A DNA stretch of 64,000 nucleotides from a virus: positions 1 through 64,000 of IMG/VR virus record IMGVR_UViG_3300027788_001769; one strand, given 5' to 3'. Under the pieces are notes generated by a model that was given only the letters and a program-made list of their open reading frames with translations, was not told where the DNA came from and did no database searches. Of this stretch, positions 40,604-49,000 are shown in pieces (position 1 is the first letter of the stretch; every line of letters begins with the position of its first letter). A program made the position numbers and the translations under genes.

Positions 40604-41488
40604 TTATTTAAAATTAGATAGAAATGGGTATAACTCATCTTCTTGTAGTATCTTAGTTATAGAAGGCATCATCCACGGAGATATGTTAGATATTTTCATT
40701 CCATTAGTTAACCAGATAAAAACTTGTGAGTTTTTTAATGCACTTACTTGAGCCTCTCCGAAAGTACCAGCACCAGCAGTACCATCAAAATTAATTAGAT
40801 TTGTATCACACACTTTTAACATATACAAATCTTGAACCACTATTTGGTCTCTAATTTTTTCTCTAAATACAGCAAATTCTTCATCGTTTAGTTGGTTAGA
40901 TTTCCAGGCTTTAAATAACTTTTGGAACTCTTCGTCCTCATCTCTTACTGTTTCAGCTCTAAGAGGGTTTAATATAGCTGGTGTTTCTATCCCTTTAAAA
41001 TCCATAGTACCGTTAGTTACCAAATCAAGTAACCTATCACCCTTAACCACATGTCCTTCTCCGAAAAAATCCTCTATTTGTGTTCTCCAAGACATAGCGT
41101 CTGTAGCAAAATCTATTCCACCACCTAAATACATTGCTCTGGGAGTAAAAATTCCATTCATGTCCTTAGGGTCAAGAACCTTTAACATTTTTATAGTATC
41201 TTCCATTTCTTTAGCACTAGCGTTAATTAAGTAATCGGATGCTTTATCGGTTAAGTATCTTTTAAACCACTTACTTATTTGGTTAAATACATTTCCAGAA
41301 GATTTTAATTCTGGTATACCACCATATTCTATTTCTTCTAATTCCATAGATTGGTCTGAAGAAACTAACATTTCTAATTGATTTTGTAATTGACTTCTTA
41401 AATTGTATGGTAGTGAATAAATCTCATCGTATGTTGTAGTTTTATCTTCTTCATATTCCCTTAAAAGATTTTTAATTCTATTTCTCAT
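40604..41488 (-). CDS. Nucleoside 2-deoxyribosyltransferase / nucleotide N-hydrolase-like protein with an N-terminal extension
   Basis: MYLGGGID...WR...LNP...DLYMLKVCD...GAGTFGE (putative catalytic Glu); about 115-aa N-terminal extension beginning MRNRIKNLLRE. Confidence 0.65.
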   Translation of the reverse strand: MRNRIKNLLREYEEDKTTTYDEIYSLPYNLRSQLQNQLEMLVSSDQSMELEEIEYGGIPELKSSGNVFNQISKWFKRYLTDKASDYLINASAKEMEDTIKMLKVLDPKDMNGIFTPRAMYLGGGIDFATDAMSWRTQIEDFFGEGHVVKGDRLLDLVTNGTMDFKGIETPAILNPLRAETVRDEDEEFQKLFKAWKSNQLNDEEFAVFREKIRDQIVVQDLYMLKVCDTNLINFDGTAGAGTFGEAQVSALKNSQVFIWLTNGMKISNISPWMMPSITKILQEDELYPFLSNFK

Positions 41489-42294
41489 TAGTATTCCGTA
41501 TTATCTATTTTATTACCGACCATTATGTCTTTAGCTGCTGAAGTACCTAATCTAGTAGCTCCAGCATCAATCATTGCCCTGGCGTCATCTTTACTATAAA
41601 TACCACCAGATGCTTTAACTTGTAGTGGTCCTGAATTTGATTTCATAATACTTACGGCTTCTGGTGTCGCTCCTACTGGTCTACCATCATCAGTTTTATA
41701 AAACCCGGTTGAGGTCTTAACAAAAACATTCTTGGCATTTTGTACACCCACAGTCTCTATTACTATTTTACTAATTAACCTTGTAAGTTCAGATATTTCC
41801 TCATTGTTTAAAGCTGCAGACTCTATAATCCATTTAACCACTTTTCCGTCTTCTACACCAATAGCTGTGCCTTCACTAACCTCTTTCATTACTGTATCTA
41901 GGTCACCACCCTTAAAAGCTTTATAATCCACAACAAAATCTAATTCATCCACACCATCCTCTATAGCTTTTATAGCTTCATCCATTTTTGCACCCTGTCC
42001 AGTATCACCATTAGGAAACCCTATAACGGTACCAACTAACACATTAGCCCCCTTACTATCTATGAACTCACGAGCTGATTTAACGTACTCTGGTCTTAAC
42101 ATAACTAACTTCATGTTATGGTCTATCTCATCTTTAATTGTATTAAAAACTATATCGTCGGTTTCTTCCTCCCCTATACCTGCCTGTTCTGGGGTTTTTA
42201 AATAAGTAGAATCTAAGTAAGACGATAAATTATCCTCTTCTTGTTCCTTTATTACCATTAAAGACTTAATTCTTTTTATTTCTTCATTTAACAT
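41488..42294 (-). CDS. deoC: Deoxyribose-phosphate aldolase
   Basis: GTVIGFPNG, DELDFV, KWIIE, FVKTSTGF (Schiff-base Lys), VKASGGI, GATRLGTS. Confidence 0.95.
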   Translation of the reverse strand: MLNEEIKRIKSLMVIKEQEEDNLSSYLDSTYLKTPEQAGIGEEETDDIVFNTIKDEIDHNMKLVMLRPEYVKSAREFIDSKGANVLVGTVIGFPNGDTGQGAKMDEAIKAIEDGVDELDFVVDYKAFKGGDLDTVMKEVSEGTAIGVEDGKVVKWIIESAALNNEEISELTRLISKIVIETVGVQNAKNVFVKTSTGFYKTDDGRPVGATPEAVSIMKSNSGPLQVKASGGIYSKDDARAMIDAGATRLGTSAAKDIMVGNKIDNTEY

Positions 42295-42310
42295 GTGGTT
42301 CTTGTTTGTA

Positions 42311-42326
42311 TATAAATATATTTATA
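42311..42326. promoter_or_regulatory. Back-to-back TATTTATA boxes (perfect palindrome TATAAATATATTTATA) between the divergent deoC and sod operons
   Basis: 16-bp palindrome, 16 nt from the deoC start and 24 nt from the sod start. Confidence 0.7.
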
Positions 42327-42350
42327 ATATATAAAATGTCATAGGAAACA

Positions 42351-43004
42351 ATGAGAGAGTTAATTAAAAAAATATTAAAGGAGGGGTTTTTGTCTGAGGC
42401 AAAAAAAACATTCTTCAAACGGGTCACTTTACCATATGATTATAATTCAGTTAAGGGTTTTGTTGGGTATGAGACAATGTGGGAACACTACAATAAACAC
42501 TATAAAGGTTACACCACCAAGTTAAACGAAGCTTTATCTAAAAGAAAAAACCCAAATACTGACATAGAAAAGATAATTAGGGGAATTAAAAACTACGATA
42601 CATTTACAAGAAATAACGCTGGTGGGTATTATAACCATAGTTTATTTTTTAGAGATTACATAACACCTAAAAAAACAGAACTATCAAAAGAACTAAAAAC
42701 TAAAATAAATAAGGACTTTGGTTCATTGGATAATTTTAAAAGACAGTTTGACGAAGAGTCAACAAAAGTATTTGGTTCTGGTTGGTGCTGGTTGGTGATT
42801 AAAAATGGGAGACTAAAAATTGTTAGTACCCCAAACCAAGATAACCCACTAATGGATAATATGGGTGAGCCTTTATTAGGTTTAGATGTTTGGGAACATG
42901 CATACTACTTAAACTACATGTCCGATAGAAAAAAATATATAAAGAACTTTTGGGGTGTGGTTAATTGGGCTAAGGTATCTAAAAAATATGTAGAACTAAA
43001 ATAA
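42351..43004 (+). CDS. sodA: Fe/Mn superoxide dismutase (Mn-type signatures)
   Basis: LPYDY, EHYNKHY, NNAGGYYNH, FGSGWCWL, NQD, DVWEHAYY. Confidence 0.93.
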   Translation: MRELIKKILKEGFLSEAKKTFFKRVTLPYDYNSVKGFVGYETMWEHYNKHYKGYTTKLNEALSKRKNPNTDIEKIIRGIKNYDTFTRNNAGGYYNHSLFFRDYITPKKTELSKELKTKINKDFGSLDNFKRQFDEESTKVFGSGWCWLVIKNGRLKIVSTPNQDNPLMDNMGEPLLGLDVWEHAYYLNYMSDRKKYIKNFWGVVNWAKVSKKYVELK

Positions 43005-43035
43005 AATAAATAAACTAAAATCTATATTTATTAGT

Positions 43036-43737
43036 ATGAAGATAAGACTCACGGAATCACAAGTAAAAAAATTGATGATGTTCCAACCAGGTAATGAAAT
43101 TAACTTGGACGAAAAGAAAAAGGATGATAGGTGTACTAGAATAGCTAAACAAAAATACGATGTTTGGCCATCAGCTTATGCTTCTGGGGCAGTGGTTAGA
43201 TGTAGAGCTGGTAAGATTTGGAAAAAGTTAAAAGAGGAAGATGTTTTAGAAAAAACCGATTTCACAAAAGAAAAGGATAAAGGGTTACACGGTTGGTTTG
43301 AACGACAAGGAGCACCTGGAAAGACTGGTGGGTGGGTTGACTGTAATACTTGTAATAACGGTAAGTGTAAACCTTGTGGTAGGGGTGAAGGTGAAAAAAG
43401 AAAGAAACCTAGGTGTAGACCCACTCCAGCTGCTTGTAAGGGGTTTAAAAATGAAAGTATTATAGAAGAAGCTGAATATAGGGGTAGAAAAGTAAAATTA
43501 AATAAACCCACAAGAGGAGATGTTAAAAAGTTCAAGGTGTATGTTAAGAACGAAAAAGGAAATGTGGTTAAAGTTAATTTTGGTCACGGAGGAACTTCAG
43601 CTAAAAAGAAGGGTGAAAAAACCATGAGAATTAAAAAATCTAACCCAGCTAGAAGAAAATCGTTCAGAGCTAGACATAAATGTGATACCCCAGGTCCTAA
43701 ATGGAAAGCAAGGTATTGGTCTTGTAGAGCTTGGTAG
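43036..43737 (+). CDS. Basic multi-module protein, putative internal head protein
   Basis: Leader MKIRLTESQ; modules YDVWPSAYASGAVVRCR, GLHGWF...WVDC...PCGR, and KFKVYVKN...VNFG...RRKSFRARHKC...ARYWSC. Confidence 0.6.
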   Translation: MKIRLTESQVKKLMMFQPGNEINLDEKKKDDRCTRIAKQKYDVWPSAYASGAVVRCRAGKIWKKLKEEDVLEKTDFTKEKDKGLHGWFERQGAPGKTGGWVDCNTCNNGKCKPCGRGEGEKRKKPRCRPTPAACKGFKNESIIEEAEYRGRKVKLNKPTRGDVKKFKVYVKNEKGNVVKVNFGHGGTSAKKKGEKTMRIKKSNPARRKSFRARHKCDTPGPKWKARYWSCRAW

Positions 43738-44390
43738 TGAGGGAATTAATTAAAAAAATACTAAGGGAAGAATTTCTGTCGGAGGAAAAGGTAATTGGGT
43801 TTGGACAACCAAATAATAACTTTGTTGTTATTGCTGGTGGACCAGGAGCTGGTAAAAGTTTTATAAGTGGTAACCTAATCAACCTAAATAATGTTAAGAA
43901 TTTTAATGTTGACCAAGTAAGGGTTATGACAGCAAAAAAATTATGGGGTGACGAGTGGGAAGAAAAAATATCCACACCAGAAGGGTATCAACAAATACTA
44001 GATATGACGTACACCACCTCAAACCCAAAAAACCTAACAGTAAAATTTTTAAAACAATTTTTACAACATGAAAGAAACCAACAAGTTAATGTGGTATATG
44101 ATGCTGGTGGTGGTCAAGAACAAGTAATGAAAGACATACATAACCTAGCTAAAGAAAATGGTTTTAATACTACACTAGTGTATGTAAGAACACCTTTAGA
44201 GTTAGCTCAACTTAGAAATGACGATAGACCTAGAAGTTTACCACCGGAAATGGTGGCACAATACCATGAACAAGTTAAAGATAATATGAGGAATATGATT
44301 CCTGTATTTGACAATGTGTGGACAGTAGATAATAAAGAATTGATTAACTTATCAGATAGACCATCTGATAATATAGAAAAAATTAAATAA
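43737..44390 (+). CDS. P-loop kinase (zeta-toxin / AAA_33 / Pnk kinase-like)
   Basis: AGGPGAGKS, NVD, VVYDAGG, YVRTPLELAQLRNDDRPR. Start reassigned to GTG at 43737 (overlapping the upstream TAG), giving MRELIKKILREE. Confidence 0.75.
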   Translation: MRELIKKILREEFLSEEKVIGFGQPNNNFVVIAGGPGAGKSFISGNLINLNNVKNFNVDQVRVMTAKKLWGDEWEEKISTPEGYQQILDMTYTTSNPKNLTVKFLKQFLQHERNQQVNVVYDAGGGQEQVMKDIHNLAKENGFNTTLVYVRTPLELAQLRNDDRPRSLPPEMVAQYHEQVKDNMRNMIPVFDNVWTVDNKELINLSDRPSDNIEKIK

Positions 44391-44820
44391 CTTTATTTAT
44401 TTTTAATTTAATTTTTGGGTATTTCATACAATAACTAATCACATCATCAATATGTTTATCCTTATCCTCCCAGTACTCTATTTCAGTAGTTTCAGGGTAT
44501 TTTTTTATTAAACTCTCTACTCTTTTCCCTTTAGACCTATTACCATCTTTACCTACTATAAATAATTTTTCATTAAAATTAATGTTTTTAGTTTTTAATA
44601 TGGACATAACCTCATCCTCAACACTACCTATTCTATTTGTTAAAAGAACAGTAATTACTTTTTTTTCATTAGACTCACTAAAGTATTTTTTTAGTGTTTC
44701 TTTATTAAATGTAAAGTCCCATTTTTTTGGGTCTAGGCTGTCTTTAGTGTCAAGATAAGTGCTGTCTTCATAAGGGGTTTCGACTAAGGTATTGTCAAAA
44801 TCGAACATAGATAATTTCAT
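44383..44820 (-). CDS. HAD phosphatase (Swiss Army Knife RNA-repair-like HAD)
   Basis: MFDFDNTLVETP, LLTNR, K, YWEDKDKH. Confidence 0.75.
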   Translation of the reverse strand: MKLSMFDFDNTLVETPYEDSTYLDTKDSLDPKKWDFTFNKETLKKYFSESNEKKVITVLLTNRIGSVEDEVMSILKTKNINFNEKLFIVGKDGNRSKGKRVESLIKKYPETTEIEYWEDKDKHIDDVISYCMKYPKIKLKINKVI

Positions 44821-44842
44821 ATAGTTGTTTTTAAATTCTAAA

Positions 44843-44873
44843 CAAAGATACGAAAAATACTTTAAGATACAAA
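44843..44873 (-). promoter_or_regulatory. Bacteroidota housekeeping promoter TTTG-N19-TATCTTTG
   Basis: caaagata at 44843-44850 and caaa at 44870-44873 on the + strand; matches the -33 TTTG / -7 TAnnTTTG consensus. Confidence 0.75.
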
Positions 44874-44892
44874 GAAAAACTATGTAAATTTG

Positions 44893-44924
44893 TTTGGTGC
44901 TTACGTAACTTTTTATTATCTTTG
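44893..44924 (+). promoter_or_regulatory. Bacteroidota housekeeping promoter TTTG-N20-TATCTTTG
   Basis: tttg at 44893-44896 and tatctttg at 44917-44924, upstream of 44972. Confidence 0.75.
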
Positions 44925-44971
44925 TCGTATAATATAACAGGAATTAATACTAATTATAAAATAAAAAGAAT

Positions 44972-45208
44972 ATGATAGAATACATTTTAGGGTACTTAAC
45001 AGTTTCAATGGTAGTGATGATTGGGTTCATCTTAATTAACCAAAAACAACTACAAGAAAACTATTTAAAAATAGAGGAGGAAAGGAATGGCATACCAACT
45101 AACGGGTGGTACAACTTTTATATATTAACTCACTTTTTAAAAGCACCATTATTGTGTCCTATGATTCTTATAGTAATCTTATTTAACGGAGGTAAGTTAA
45201 TAAAATAA
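44972..45208 (+). CDS. Small membrane protein (two predicted TM helices)
   Basis: Hydrophobic N- and C-terminal segments; has its own promoter and terminator. Confidence 0.7.
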   Translation: MIEYILGYLTVSMVVMIGFILINQKQLQENYLKIEEERNGIPTNGWYNFYILTHFLKAPLLCPMILIVILFNGGKLIK

Positions 45209-45217
45209 TTACCAAAT

Positions 45218-45247
45218 AAAAAAACCACCTATTAAGTGGTTTTTTTT
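45218..45247. terminator. Bidirectional rho-independent terminator
   Basis: AAAAAAACCAC-ctattaa-GTGGTTTTTTT between convergent genes. Confidence 0.8.
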
Positions 45248-45271
45248 GTAAATATATGTTCTATTTTATTA

Positions 45272-46084
45272 TTAGTTCATGTTTAAGTCATCATCTAAAT
45301 CCTCTAACTCCTCTGGTTCATCTAAATCTGGATAAGGTATTGGTTTAGCTATAGAATCGTAACTTCTTGGTCTTTTTTGTGATTGTCCAGACCCCATAAG
45401 TTCAGCAGTATAAGTCATAAAGTTACTTAATTTAACCAAAGTATTCTCTATTTGTTTTCTAGTCTTAGGGTCTTTAACAAACTCGTAACCTTTTTTAATG
45501 CTATTAATAATGTTTTCTAGGCCTGATGCAGCAGACTCACCTGGGTGATTTCTATTACTACCACTACCGTAGAACGATTCAGCTATTATTTTAGAATTGT
45601 AATTTGATAATTTTAAACCACTTCCTTTTCTGGCTTTTATTGATTCTCTTATTACTTTGTAAGATTTATTTAATGATTTAACTAAATTGTTTTTTTCTTC
45701 TAGGTACTTATCAACAACTTTTTCACCAGCTGTAGCTCCCATAGCTCCCGCAGCAATCTTTGCTAAATTAGCCCACATTTCATCTAAATCTTCTTCAGGT
45801 TCATCAACTTCATCTAATTCACTAGGTGATTCACTATCCATGTAATAATCGTCACCAGACTGAGTTACCATACCTTGAGCGTCTGAATCCCCAATCGACA
45901 GGTCCCCATCACCAAAGTTCTCACCCATCTCGAACTCTTCGTAATCCATATAGTTTTCTAATAAATTATCAAACTGAGCTGGTGTTAATTTTATGTCACT
46001 AGGTTTTTTACCTGAATGTTCTCTTAATGATAGTCTTAACCCTAACCTATCTACTATTTCTGATTTTTTAATATTCCGTTCCAT
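45272..46084 (-). CDS. Acidic hypothetical protein, putative internal head protein
   Basis: Directly downstream of the sheath gene; IKLTPAQFDNLLE motif and many (L/I)xE sites. Confidence 0.55.
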   Translation of the reverse strand: MERNIKKSEIVDRLGLRLSLREHSGKKPSDIKLTPAQFDNLLENYMDYEEFEMGENFGDGDLSIGDSDAQGMVTQSGDDYYMDSESPSELDEVDEPEEDLDEMWANLAKIAAGAMGATAGEKVVDKYLEEKNNLVKSLNKSYKVIRESIKARKGSGLKLSNYNSKIIAESFYGSGSNRNHPGESAASGLENIINSIKKGYEFVKDPKTRKQIENTLVKLSNFMTYTAELMGSGQSQKRPRSYDSIAKPIPYPDLDEPEELEDLDDDLNMN

Positions 46085-46095
46085 TTTTAATTATT

Positions 46096-49000
46096 TTATA
46101 TGTTCTCAAATGATGCTCCTGTTGGTGTAATCAAGAACTCCACACTAATAAACTCAAGAGAACGAGTTGGTTTTATGTAAATTTTACCTTCTAACGTATT
46201 TTGGTCAATCAATTGAGGGTCATCAGAAACTACAACTCTAAAGTCAGTTAAACCCCTTTCTCTTCTAATAGAGTCCAATATTGGGTTAACTAAGTCTAAA
46301 AATTCATTTCTAACTTGTTCATCATTTTGTTCAAATACTAATTTTACAGACACTGAAGAAATAAGTTTTCTAGCTTGTAATAGTAATCTTCTTACGTTAA
46401 TTCTATCTAAAGCTGATTCTCTAGCTTGAAGTGTTTTGTTACCCCAAATAATCGTACCTACATCCGAGAACGTAGCGATTGGGTTAATCCTACCAGCGTA
46501 AAGAGTGTCTCTTTCATCTAAAGTAAGTTTCTTTCTAGCTTTTACAGCGTTTACAATACCACGAGTATAACCTGCTGAAGCGAACCAAGGGAATGAAATG
46601 TTATCCGTTAGTGCGATATTTCTCATAACATCGTACGTTGGTGGTAACCAAATTCTAGTATTATTTTCAGTGTCGTTATGTAATACCCAAGGGTAGTAAG
46701 TTGCTGTGTAGTTAGAGTCAATCCCTGTGTTATCTAAATTATCCACAGCCTCTGTAGGTTGTATGATGTTAGAAGGGTCACTAGGTGATGAAACAAACAC
46801 ATTAAAGTCAGGTGTTGTACACACATATAATGAATCGGCTCTTTCACCAACAACCATCTCAATACTTTCCTCAACTAAGTTACTATTATTTACATAATCA
46901 ATACCTGGTGTTGAGAATACGTTAATATTAACAGCTTCTGGATTTCTAAATGTTCTTATACCAAATAGGTAAGCGTAATAGTCAGTAGTTGCAAAATAAC
47001 CAGCTTCACCCCAAGGTGTTTTTGTAAGGAACTTAAACGAACCATCACCAGTTGCTCCTGGGAATTGTGTTGTACTACAAGCCCCATTTAAGAACCCTGA
47101 TTTTCCTCTAATGTAACTGTCACCATTAGTTCTAAACTTTCTATAAATGTCCCAACCATCAAAACCACCATAAGGCATGAATGTGAACTTTCTAGATTGT
47201 AGTTTATAATACGGACTACCAATATTTGTAGGTTCTTGTGTGAAAGGTGCGTCACCTACAGCGAACTGGTCTGTCGTTGCTGAAGAAGCCGTTGACCCGT
47301 ATGGACAACCACATAGGATGTGTGCACATAATTCACTGTGTTGTGAACAAGTTGCTCCACTATCTAAGTGGAATCCTTGTGTTAAACAAGCCCAATCATC
47401 TCCACTTGAGTCGTTACAAGCGTTAGTTGGTGCTTGTTTTCCTTTGTATTGGAAAAAGTCATCGTCATACGCTCCAGGTGCTACATCTGAAATACCTAAA
47501 TAAGTTGTTCTTATTTTATCACCAGAACTTAAACTTCTATTAGTTAAACCAGCAGTAGTTCCAAATGGTGGGTCATAAATGACATCACCAGGTGCGTCGT
47601 ATTTGGTTTTATAGTATAGTGTAGGACTTCTCATAGAATCATAAGACCTACTAATATACCCTTCAAAACCACAAGGAACCGCATCCCATAGGTTATTATC
47701 CATTTCTAACTCTGGGTCCATATCTAACATGATGTACCTACTCTTCAATTCGTAATCACCATTAACAGTACCAATCTTTTGACCTACGTAACTGTTAAGT
47801 GATGGGTTCATACTACATCTAGTGTATTTTTCTAACACTGTAGGTGAAGAATCTGTATCGTAGTAACTTCTAACTATTAAATCAAATTCAGCTCTTTCTA
47901 GACTTATATTAATAATTGAAATTTTAATAGCTGTATTTGCTGCGTTTCCATCAGCTACCGAAACAGCTCTAAATAATTTATAAACTTTACTACCTCTTAA
48001 TTCCGAAACAACATAAGGTGTTACCGGTGTTTGCCATTGTTCTTGGTAAAAACCAATAGTGTTTGTGTTGTTAGCGTTTCTAAATTCAGGTAAATTTAAT
48101 AATGTACATTGTAATCCTCTTACATAACCTTTTTTGTATGCGTGAGTCAACATATTTGGGTATGATTCCTCAACAAAAATAGGTACCTCTAACATGTCTT
48201 TATCAAAAGGTTGAACACCAAATACTTTCTTAAGGAATTTTTTGTCAGTTGGTGCCATATTAGTATCAAACCTAAACCCTCTATTTTCTCTATCTGTTAC
48301 ATCTATTGCAAATGTTGAGAATGGGTTAGTTAATACGTCGTCATAAGTACTTCCAGTACAAACAAAAGTAACATTTGTAGTTCCAGTAACTCTATATTCT
48401 GGACCACCAGAACCTAATGTACTAACACCCCTAGACCTAAACGTCGCTACTACTTGATTATCAAAATCACAATAAGTAGCTGCACTCCAGTAGGTGAATG
48501 TCATTGAAGTACTTCCAGTGTAAAGGTTGGTTGCACTTACTGTACTAGCATCTTGTACCGCTCCATTAGCTAAATCCACACCAATGGTCATTGATACACC
48601 AGTATATGCCCCATCTACATAATCAAAGAACGTATATTCCCAACTATCATTTTGGTTTGTATTACTACCAGCGTCACAGAAAGGTGAGTCAGCGTAACCA
48701 TTTGGATTGTATTGTGAATTTAATCTATTAGATGTAACACCAGAAAACGCTGCCCAAAAAGTATCATCTATAAAACCACCAGATGAATTTATTACAGGTG
48801 CAGGCCAAGTATTACCCGAAGACGGATTACCAACATCAAAGTTACTCACACCATATTGATAAGCTAGTGAGGTACCAGTTAAATTAGTAAGACATGGTGT
48901 TGTTCCAGTAGCACATGTTGCACTTGGGTGTGAAAAGTTATTATATAGTGCGTAAAAGAAAGAATTTAAATCTTGACGTAGTGTAGTTGTTGAACCATCG

